From Balanoglossus misakiensis (taxonomy: Eukaryota; Animalia; Hemichordata), in the NCBI GenBank assembly GCA_040954595.2, contig CM082577.2, positions 9,449,846-9,513,845 of the forward strand: 64,000 nt of DNA. Reading direction: 5' to 3'. Made by a program: the position numbers and the translations under genes. Positions 1 through 11,200 of the stretch are shown here, piece by piece. The notes under the pieces are model-generated. The model was not told where the DNA came from and made no database searches. It saw only the letters and a program-made list of their open reading frames with translations. Numbering within the stretch: position 1 is the stretch's first letter; every line of letters starts with the position of its first letter.

Positions 1-1642
1 TGGACTTTTTACCTTGAAGTCAGTGATAAAAATAAACCGAATAACAAACTCAACTCCTCGACCTATCTCTGAGCGCAGTGGATGATTGACCCCTGGAGAT
101 TTCTGCTGACGTTCGCATTTCAATGAGTAAAATCATGACGGACATGACTAAACCAGAAATAAAATCAAACGAACGAACTTACAATTACGAATAAAAGCTG
201 TTACAGAATACTCATAATCTTGACTGTAAACGTAAAAAATTGCAGGGACCACGCTGAAATAACAGTCTCGCCATGAAAAAACCCAAAGGCACTACATACC
301 AGTACTTATATCTACGTCTACCTTTCCCTGGCCATATATGTCGACCGAGCGCACATAATCGCGACAACACACAGATCAACCCGTTACCAATTGCCAATTG
401 CCGAGATTCAGTATCTTCATACACGCAAGCGTCGGAAAAGTCCAGCCACTATGTTCGCCGGAACAAAGTCAATATTTTTTGCGTCGAAATATTAGTGTAT
501 TTTAATTTTTTATCGATTATTGTGATTTTATTTTTTCTCCAGTCTGACAAATGCGCCCACGTTGAGTATCTGGGGCTTAATTTACTAGTATGTGTTAAAG
601 CTGGCGAATTTCCAATCAATACAGCTTGGCATGTTTTTTTCAAACCACGACCACTCCCAATACAACGCACAGATAACGTGACAGCGCAAAGAAACAACAC
701 CGATGCTAAATTGACTCCAATAGACTAACCATACAACGTCACAATGAAGCTGAGGTATGCTACGTTGCTACGTGGTTGCTAGGTAAAGTACTTATCACGG
801 GATACTCCATCACCATGATGGGGAGATCATTTTTTAAAAACTCATTGGGTCATGTATCTTATTGGATCGTTGGTGAATTAATCTGCTAGTCTTGGAAACG
901 TCATTGCAAACTGCAGGCTCGTCTATTGGAAGCGAAGAGGGCGCTGCACCAAATTCGCCGACAAACTGTATACCAGCAGACATTGGGCATATTTTATTAT
1001 GATTAACGTATTTCTTCTAGTCAACATTGATGACACAAATTTTCAACGCCCACTCCGCACTCAAGACCTTCCGGGCAAAAACCTATAATTTCATTTAATT
1101 AACGTTCCCGTAGTATCGGGCCAAAAGGCCAAAAAGATGATAATGAATTATCATGACTGTTACCAAATGTCAAGGAGCAGAAACAAACGTTTTGGACATT
1201 ATCTCATAAATGTCACCATTTGTAAGCTTAGGTGAGCTCGCGAGATGTCACGAAAACTTGTTGCGTGCAACGGTGGCCACAGACTCGTAAAAAATATTTC
1301 AAAAATAACATACATATTTGGCCGATAATGTGTAGTTATGCACGCTTAAAACGCCTAAAATGTCTGTGAGGGCAAAGTCGCTCTAGTCCACACGATCAGA
1401 CGACACCATAGCAATTACTGCAAGTAACGGATCAACTCTCAGACCTCGTATAGCGATTTGTTACATTTATTTCATCAGAGAATATACCATCCAAAAATAC
1501 AATTAAACTGTGAAGACGATTTGACCATCGGTATGTGAGAATACGAAATATCATTATGATAACATTACGACTGCAACGTTTCCAAGAGTCACGGTCACCA
1601 TGGGTAACCATCAAAGGTAGTGGTGCGGGTGAGTACATCGCG

Positions 1643-4600
1643 TTAGACGCCGCTGTTTTCGGGACATTGGCGATTTTTACAGTAACCAACTGTAAAGAGA
1701 AAAGGGTGATAGATCATTAATACCAACAAGTAGGCGGTGCAGTGCAGTATCTGGCTTAAAAGTTTGTACGTACTAGGAGATGATAAACGCTGTACTGTAC
1801 AAACACGTGACACGTAAAAATTAAAGTCTTTGATATGAGAAGACGGCGAAATTAATGCAAACATATGCAAAGAAATGTATTCTTTTTTAATTAATTACTT
1901 CCAATGACCGTTCCGGTTTTATTCACGCAGCTTGGTACGTTGTCTTCATTTTATTATTTTATTCCAGCGGCGCAATACTCACCAACTTGGCATATGAAAG
2001 GCTTGGCTCTGACACAGCAGTTATCGTCCATTTGAAACAAAGGGTTATCGCCATCTGGATCGTTGTCCCTTGTTAATAAAAGGAAAGAGAGAGATTTGCA
2101 CAGTTTTATCTTCATAACGACGTATTTCAAAAGTACCATGAACTGCACTGCGCACCGTGTACCGAGTGTTCAATGGGCATCAGGAGGTTTACCCCCTGGT
2201 CTTCGGCATCTCCCGGGCATTTCTTATCCATTGGTTTAGTGCGTTGGGGTAAGTGCCCGGATGTCACAGGGGGTGTCTGTCCTAGACCAGTGTTATGGTT
2301 CAAAAGAATCAATATGACTATAACTACCGAAGTGGTCAGTGGAACGAGGGGAACTCCTGTAACTAAATTATGATAGGCTACACGAGTACTATAAAAATGG
2401 AGGTTCAAAATGGCCGAAAAGGAGGAACTTTAAAACTAAAATATCAATAGACATTAGAAGCGGGACAATATTATGAATAGTGTATACACACCAAAGTTGG
2501 CAGCAGTCCTGGTCATTTCCTGGGGCTTTGCACGTGTCCTTCAGTTTGTTGTTGGGCTCGTTTTTCTTCCAGTTGGCAGACGACATGTCGACACTCTCGC
2601 CGCTGGCCCACACGAAGTGACCCTCTTCCGCCTGGTCGTCACAGCCAACCCAGTACGCTCGTCTCTTGGGATGAACCAGAGTCGGCTCGCTCCTCAGGTG
2701 GCTGATGAGCGAACTGCGCACGCTCGCGTCCGCCAGGACGGCCAAGTGTGACGTCAGGCCGGTAGATGCGTACGCCTCCGTACAGTATTCCCGCGCACTG
2801 TCCCACAACTGCTGTTCAGAATCAACGATCTGGAACAAGTCGTCTCCAACGCAGATGGAATCTTGTAACGAAAGTGAAATAATCGCTTTAGATAACCTCC
2901 CAAACAAACAAATGGATGAAGCATTCGGAATTAACGTGAATCCACTTTTATCCATGAATCAATAAAAGCACGGAGAAATTAACATAGTATACTATATTCG
3001 GTGTCTTTGACCAGTCTTATGTTAATCAATACGAAGAATTAAACTACTACGTACATGATGTAGATTCTGAATACTAGTAACAGTAAAAAGAACCTAGCTA
3101 ATATGCAAATAAGCAAGTCAGACATAACTTACTTGGGTGACAGGTGCTACCACAGGGGGCGTCCGACGGCGATACCTGGACGGTCCAGTCTACCTCCAGA
3201 TCTCCAGACCCCCACGCGAAAACATCGCCCTCTTGATCCCCGGGGCAGTTGGCGGCGAGCTGCGCCACCTCGCTGTCGCCCAAAACTCGACTCCAGAGAT
3301 TGAAACCAGTCAGCGTGCCGCCGAAGGGCAGCCTGGGATACCACGCCAGAGAATTGGTGCTCTGCCCAAGTCGGAGCACGCCGCCAGCGGGCACCGTCTC
3401 TCCGACACCGACGCCGTCGCCGGAACCCGCCAGGAGGCCGTCCACGTAAAGTTTCCAGCTGCCGGAATTAGAAGTCCACGTGATACACACGTGATGCCAA
3501 GCGCTGTCGCTGACGGCGGTGCTGCCTGTATTCACCGTGTCAAAAAAGTAGACGTAGCCCTTCTCTTGATGTAACCGTAACAATGCTCGCGTGCCTGCAG
3601 CTGTGTCGTTATATCTAAAGAAATAGAAGAGGGTGTCTTGTGTGACGTCACCGGTACATCTTACCCATAAGGCTGCGCTGAATTCTTGCATCTCAACTAT
3701 CGGATGGTTCTCGCCGACGCTAACCAAGGAGTCCTTGTTCAATGTCAGCATGTCATACCGCGTTATAGATTTTTCTTCAAAACCTATGGTGAAAATGTAT
3801 AACAGCATAATTAATATACAGTTTTTATACGTCATCATTATACTTATTTTTCAACATTGTATTCCCGGCATTATTTTATCATTCCCGTCTTGCAAAATTT
3901 CCTTTCTGTGTGGTGTATGCCGGCAACCGTAGGTCGTATTGATTCGTAAAAGAATTATACATGTACGCACAAAACATGACATAATTTTATAAAATAATGA
4001 TCAATACGGGAATGTCGATAGCGGAAACATATCGATGTTTATGAGACGATTGAATGTGAAAAAGTCAAAACTGTGTTGAATCACGTGGTGTGAGTAAACG
4101 AGCGCCGATCCCACTAACCGAAGTCACAGTTTGTGGTTCCGTACGGCACGTCAGACATCGCCACCTCTGCTTGTCCGTTGATGTTCAAGTCTCCGGACGA
4201 CCACGCGAAAATATCTCCCTCCGGTTGATTTGGACAGTTACCGGCCAGTTCTCGAATCTTGGCGTTGCCGAGGCTGCCGCTCCACAGGTTGAAGCCGAAG
4301 ACGCGCCCCTCGAATATTTTGTAGCTGTTCGTCGCGTCCGAACTCTGGGCGACGGCGAAGGTGCCCCCGGAGGGGATGACCTGCCCGGTCTTGAGGTCGC
4401 TGCCGGCGCCGGCCACGTTGCCGTCGAAGTATATCTTCCACTCGCCGCCGACCGACGACCACTCGGCGCACGCGTGGTGCCAGCCGCCGAGACTGGCGTA
4501 CACGCGGCGGAACGTCTGCACCGATTGGTCGATGAAGTTCAGGGCGAGCCCCACGGCGAAGTAAGGCGTAGGGGTGACGCTCACCTCGGAGCCGTCCGGC

Positions 4601-6187
4601 AGGGTGTACCTCATCAGGTAATAATAGGGCTGGTTGACGCCGTCGTATTTGATCCACGTGCAGGCAGTTAGAGCGTGCATCTCAGGTACGGGATGACCGG
4701 CGCCGACCTCAACCACCGCATCCTTACCAAGAGATAGCATGTCCTCCTTTGCTACGATGGGTCGATCGGCTGTGGACGAAATAAGTAACACGTACGCACT
4801 GAGACTCACATGGCAGTAAATAAATTAGTCAGGTCTCTCGAAGATGTGACATATGGTCTTGAGAGACAATGAACGGTGTTTGAATCACTTTTTGCCAAGG
4901 AAGGAGGGTTTATAACAGGGTATCCTCGGAAACGATATGATCGGACATAAAGCTACACATTTTACGAGAGTTTATTATTAAATTTGATTATCTAGCAACA
5001 TGGAATCAATTGCCGGAGGGGAAATGGTCGCATTTTATACCTTATTTCATCCCATAAATTTGGATATAGGCTAGAACACGTACACGAAGATGGAACAATG
5101 TATCCTAGTTACTCTATAATAGTCTAACGACGAAATTCCCACCAACGCACAGAAAACCAATTCACTACTCTAGTTTGCCTTTCTCTAGTTTGCCTTTGCG
5201 TGCGTTCGACCGGATTTTTCACCAAACTTACCAGTCGTGCATGCGCGTTAACTTTTTAGTCACTTCGGAAAATATAAAGAAAATACTGCAAGATTCTTTG
5301 CATTGCTCTGTTGATGTGGACCGTTTTCAAACCAATCAGCGGGTTCTTTGTTCAGACAGAAATGCTTCTGTGGCTTGATTTCTAAAGACTGCGTTTTATA
5401 GTATTTTCTAAAAAGCGTGATTCTCAGTTTTGTCATATCAGTGCCAAAACCAGCGTGCACATGTGTACTACTTCACGAGTTAGCCCGTTTTAAGTTCTGG
5501 CCATTAAGCATGAAAGAACAACGACACTAACAATGCTAATTTATAAACACAGCTTATACTTACCTCTTTGCGAGCGCTATAGCACAGCGATGAACACGTT
5601 TTGTACAAAAGAGCACATCAGTTGATCGTGGACGGATACAGAGAAAAGAAAAACATGGTTATTTCTATTTGGTCGCGGATTCATGACGTCATCATACCCG
5701 TCCGTGCAAAGTTTGTGTAATACTTCACAGTGTAATTTATACCGCAATATTCGAAGCGAGAAGGATCGGTACTTACAGATAGCGGTGAGTGGGCGACGGT
5801 TTGCAGAATAGACGATGAAAGTATTACGACGGTACCGAGAAAGATAATCCTGAATGATGGTTCAATGGCTGAACAGCGGTAACTGAAAAACAATAATTAT
5901 ATATCTCATCAGTCGCATACGCTTACTACAAAATAAAAAACGGGTAATATTCAGACACTATTAGGTTAAAACGATCTGTTTTGTACAAGCTGGTATAGTG
6001 TAAAAGTAAAAAGACAGAAGCAGGCCTAGAAAAGAAAGATTTCTATTATGTCTTTCAACGCTATAAACCATTAGGTTTTTTACGAATGAAACGTTCGATA
6101 TTTTTGTCAGGCTGAAAAGTTGCTACGATTAGAAAATAAGTACATGTATGCTCGTTTGAATGTAACTCACCGTCGTCTCGCAGCCAT
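1643..6187 (-). CDS. Secreted tandem pentraxin (x2) + C-type lectin mosaic protein, ~646 aa, 8 coding exons
   Basis: Phase-consistent GT-AG exons: 6171-6187 (MAARRR), 5777-5882 (hydrophobic signal IIFLGTVVILSSSILQTVA), 5564-5576 (13-nt micro-exon), 4119-4769 (PTX1: WHHACAEWSS, GFNLWS), 3133-3783 (PTX2: WHHVCITWTS, GFNLWS), 2492-2861 (CTLD: WDSAREYC, YWVG, EPN), 1983-2068 (DDNC..KPFICQ), 1643-1689 (stop). Total 1941 nt. The three 5' exons are less certain than the domain exons. Confidence 0.85.
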
Positions 6188-8261
6188 CGAATATCCAACC
6201 GTGAAACTGTGTGTGTGTATGTCAGTAACGGTTCAATGTGAACACCAAATGTACCCCCACAATATATATATCCATCGATAACCAATTAATGTTGTCATTT
6301 ATGATGATAAACCGTCGGAGGCGCGAAAGTAAGATTGATCTACGTTTGTTTTCTAGCGGCGATTAATGGACGCGCGACCATCACACTCGTCCTAAACGAA
6401 CCGAAATCTATTTCTGGAACACCGCCACTGACAAATGCATGTTCGTTTCAGCTATAAATGATGACTTGTTACCATGGAAGTAATGTTGGGCGATATTTTA
6501 TCACACTTTTGAAAAACAGCTCGTAAGTGTCTTCACGCGTGGAAAGCGCCCGCCCTGCAGTGCTGTCCGTGGAAACGTCACATCGCCATGGTTACGCAAG
6601 AGATAATTGTTCTCTTTCGTCTGATGAGTCTTTGATTTCGTTTTATTGATAAGTTTTGCTTTTCACATCAATCTATTTTCTTACGTGTGCCCCCATAGTA
6701 TCGCACATTATTCTGTGTCAGTACATGTTTATGCCTTCGACACGTACGACGGGAACGATTTTAGAATAATTACGTGTGTGACGTCACAGTGTGTGAAAAA
6801 AGAGCACTGGATGTTGATTGTGTTTTAGGTGAAAGTCATAATTATGTATTTTATTTCTCGTTATCTCAATTAATTTCACTATCTGGCCTCTCTATGCAAG
6901 ACCCGAATACACGCCGTATATAAATACATGAGAATTGCACAAACGGTAAATTCATGTTAAGAAATATCCATACAACTTGAAACATTCCAGTACTTCGTGG
7001 AAGCTCCTGTCTGGCGCTGGCCGGGATGTCACGAGGCACCAGCCCAGTGTGTGTAGCCAAAAAACGAGCACATCCCTGTACCCTTTCGACAGTTCACCGC
7101 CCACATTTTTAGGTCTGTATACGAATATTATATTTCTCTTTATAGGTACACAATATTTCATTTATTTTAATGGGAGCATCTCCGACCGGGCCCGGGACAG
7201 GGCTGCTTCATATCCGGCAAATACCGAGTCCCGTTTTTTCTTGCTTGCTTTCGTGCGGAACAACATACCTTGGAATTTAGTTCATTCGGGAACACAGCAT
7301 TTTATGCGAAACCTTGTCGTATGCTTTGCAGTTTATTTTCTGGATGATGCAGGTTTTTGGAAACAAAGTCGACAGTCACATATTTGCTATGTCTACTCTC
7401 ATCTCCAGAGGGCGCAACATATGTTAAAGTGTTTCATGCGGCATGCACTGGATTAAGTTCAGATTTCCATCGTTTCAAAGTTTTGCATTTCATTGTATAA
7501 TTGTATGAGACAGCATGAATCGTGTCGGAAATACTACCAAAATATGAAAATAATTTCCTTTACCGTATTATAATGTCTCTATTCCTTCTCGCAATGGATC
7601 GCGACGTCCTGTAACCGCTTACCCCCGGTTGCAAAATGGCTGAACCCGTCTCAGAGAAGACGTCACGCTTTTAAAGTATATTGATCAGGAGCAATATGAC
7701 GTATGCCCTGTCCTCAAAAGTTCACGACAGATAAAGAGTTGCGTGTGTGTGTGGCACTTATTGTCGACAGCTCTCACAGAACGTAATGCAATTCGGCTGA
7801 AGTCCTGAATTAAGTTCGGCGGGTGCACGTCTGGTAAACAGGAGATTTCTTAGACACTCGGAGACAGGCACTGTGGTCCGTGGAAGACAGCGTCGGGCAC
7901 CGCGCTCGCTATGACCCGTGCAGGATAAATCAGAAGCCTACGATCAAGAGTGGCACGTGAAGTCATATCGAAGGGGTCAGTCTGATTCTGTTCCTGAGAA
8001 CGCTTTAACTCCATTTTTCTCCTGCAGACACCCCCGCAGTGTCCCCCAAAAACACGTGTTGGACATCAGAGTTGCCTGCTCCGCCAGGATTTGCATGATT
8101 CTGTGGACGGTCCACACGGAGGCGAACTGTTTATATTTAGGCACGATCCGCCTTTGATACCGCGCCAGTGCTGGCACACACATAGCCACTGCCACAGTGG
8201 TCGGTGGCGTTGAAGTCGTCCGAGGTATACAACGGGGATATTGTGTGCACACTTTGCAGGG

Positions 8262-11200
8262 ATGGACACGCAACGGGCCGCCCGGAAAGCACTGGCCGTG
8301 CTCGTTCTCTTGGCGGGCCTGGTGGCAGACAAGTCCGGTAGGTACACGCACACACACAAACACCCCTGGCGGGAACATGCACTGTTTTGTTCTATTTGCG
8401 TTGATCATGTCCCATTGCGTTGTTCTGGTGTCTCAGGAATTTACAGTTGACACCGAGCTGAGGTCAAACAGTAAGTAACCAGTATCTTCCATCGAACGAT
8501 TTGCGGCATTTCATTAAGCTACAAGCTTTTAAAAAAACTCCTCGTCGGACAAAGAATATCACACCAAATGTTTTTGTATGTTTTCATAGGACTTGTTTTA
8601 GAACTTTTAGTCTAAACAACATGTGAACCGCATTGCTTCATCGTGTTTATGGACACAGCTAACTCTGTGTGCCGCTGGGGGAGGTCATCTGCGGTCAGCA
8701 TACCGGGCGCACTCCGTGAACGAAATCTCAAATTTGGCTGTCGTTTTGTTTGGGCATTTTATGGCGGTTGATCGCATTCAAAACAGACCTGGGCGACTGG
8801 GCTCAGAGTACTCGCGTTGTAGCACACTATGATTCATTGTGATACAATCTCCGGTGAAAGGTGACTTTTTTCCAAACTCTGGTCGTTTTAGGATCAAGCT
8901 TCGGGCGCAGAGCTTACCATCGGATACTTAATACAATGAACGGAATTCCTCGGAATAGTGTTACAGGCCCGTATGGCAAATCGGGCTTATTCGCCTCTCA
9001 AGTCGAGTGTAAGTTCGTAACCTGCAACGCGGATTTCTAGCAATGCTCTTGTTTGAAAAAACAAGAATGTTTTTTAGACATTCCGGGCAAAGGTTGCTTC
9101 TATATCGTCGATGTAGAACACGACAACTCTTTTTTCCTACGGAGGACAACGAAATCGTCCCCACGGAGGTTAGTTTCGGGATAAAAGCGACATGGGTGAT
9201 CTCTTTACAAGCCCTCTGGCTGCGGAAGAGAATCATTGTTCAATATGAACAGTGCATCGTACAATCCGTCGATTTGTCGGGAAGAGACGCTAATGCCGTG
9301 CGTGCCCTCGACTGCACAATTGAACCCACGCAGACAAGAGAAAATTTCTCAGTAAGTGTTTTACCTTTAGAGAAAGAAGTAAAAAAAGCGACAGGCAGAG
9401 TCATTATCTTGAATCAAATGGCCAATATGCCGGCATAGGTCCCTAATATGCCCCTAACCCCAAACCCATTATCATCGCTCGAGAATCGCGCTATGGTCAC
9501 CGGATAATCCAACCGCGGGTTGGATGCCCAGGAGGGGAACCACCCCCACGCGAAGGAAACCTCAACGTGAATCTGTGTCGAGATTTTACTCAACAAAGAT
9601 AACCCCATGCGTCAAATCACAGAAAACGCCGCAAACTTGCAGAAACTGATATTCAACCAACTTGTGTTATTTTTCAAATGAAACGTTCTGTACTTGGTGA
9701 TATTTCCGTATTTTGTTCACCCGTAGACTCTTCCGTACTTCACGAAGTTTTTTTAACGGTTGGCTCGTTCTTCTATTGCAAAGTCTGCTATCTCCGTGGC
9801 CAATGGCGCGGCGCGGTGTCGAGTGACCAAAAAAACTGACGACCGGCACGTGCCATATCGGTATCTCACCAACAGAATTACTCGCATAATTACCGCCATT
9901 GTTTGTGTACAAATCACGCACTTCTGTTTACAGTCCCCGTGCTAATGAGCCGTGCACGTGCCATCGAGCCAACCGTCGCGCGAGTGTGCATGAAGCTATC
10001 AATCAGCGGACGGAGGTAAACTAACGGTGGCGTACTTCTGTGTCATTGTTTAGTAATTCTTTTCTAATTTTGGGTAAATTTTAAAGGCAAACGTTACATT
10101 TGTCCATTGGCGTTTTCTCATACCTTCAGAGGCGTTCTGAATGTCTCTATAAAGTGGGCTACGTCACCGACACACAGAACAGAACCCAATGTTCAATGGT
10201 CCCTTATAAAAGACACCATAACATTTTAAAACCCCTGCTATTTGTTGTTCAACTGATTTGTTTGATCTCCGTGATTGAGACAAGAAAACAATGACGTCAT
10301 CGCTTTCGCGCCCCTTTACGACAGGAAGTGCGGACAGTTGTTCCGTTGTTCGGCGTGCAGTACTTTTTACGATTGATTCAAGGCTGGCCGGGGTGTACCG
10401 CGCCTCTTCTATAGAGGCAGCTTGTATTTGTTTTCGGTTGCCGGTTTTTGTACTCTTGAAACGCGCTTTCTCACAATATTGACGATTATAAACTAACCCA
10501 AAACATTCGGGAGGGGTCGGAAGAGGGAGGGCACTGTTCATTATTATGCGATCATTATAAGTGTTTGACTGAACTAACGTTTAAAAATCACCTCACTACA
10601 GTGTTGTTCAGAACAAACTGCAATTCACCCAAGTCAAAATTATGTCAAAGAACAGCATCCTCAGATGCTTGCAAGGTGGACGTGTGGTTATACTCATACA
10701 TCTGCCAATTTATAAAACAATCGCGTGACGTCACCTTGTCGTAACATCCTAAAGAAGCGTTCAATTTCATCGTTGTAATTCTATTGGTGTTGTTTTTAAA
10801 GGTTTATTCACCTCGACAAGAATCCAACCCGTTCATTAATGAAGTATTGCCTCTTATAATCGTGCGTGGGAAACACAATACAGTATAGTAGTGACCTTTC
10901 TTTTTTCATTTAATACTCGGTACTTTATCAAGAGTATTTAATACTGAGAGACCCTGCAACTGACCCATCAGCGCACTAACCTACTACCCTCGTAGTCAGT
11001 AAGATATGAATAGGCACAAAGCACGAGGAGTAATGGATTGTCTGATAAAAAACAAACCGTCGTGCTGTTTCCGGTACAGATGCTGCATCTCAGTGAAGAA
11101 TGCATTGTTTACACATAGGCCTCACAAACCTTAAAAACATTCAATAGGTTATCTTCTATACACCTTTGCCTTTGAGATGTTTTTGTGTTCTGGGACAAGA

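Noticed and set aside
273-728. 151-aa ORF with a hydrophobic stretch
   Set aside because: No recognisable family or splice context; the hydrophobic segment comes from T-rich sequence.
3137-4671. Long plus-strand and alternate-frame ORFs over the pentraxin exons
   Set aside because: They are antisense or shadow frames of GC-rich coding exons.
7977-8408. Cys-rich minus-strand ORFs
   Set aside because: They overlap the plus-strand signal-peptide exon and 5' UTR of the sushi gene and show no domain pattern.
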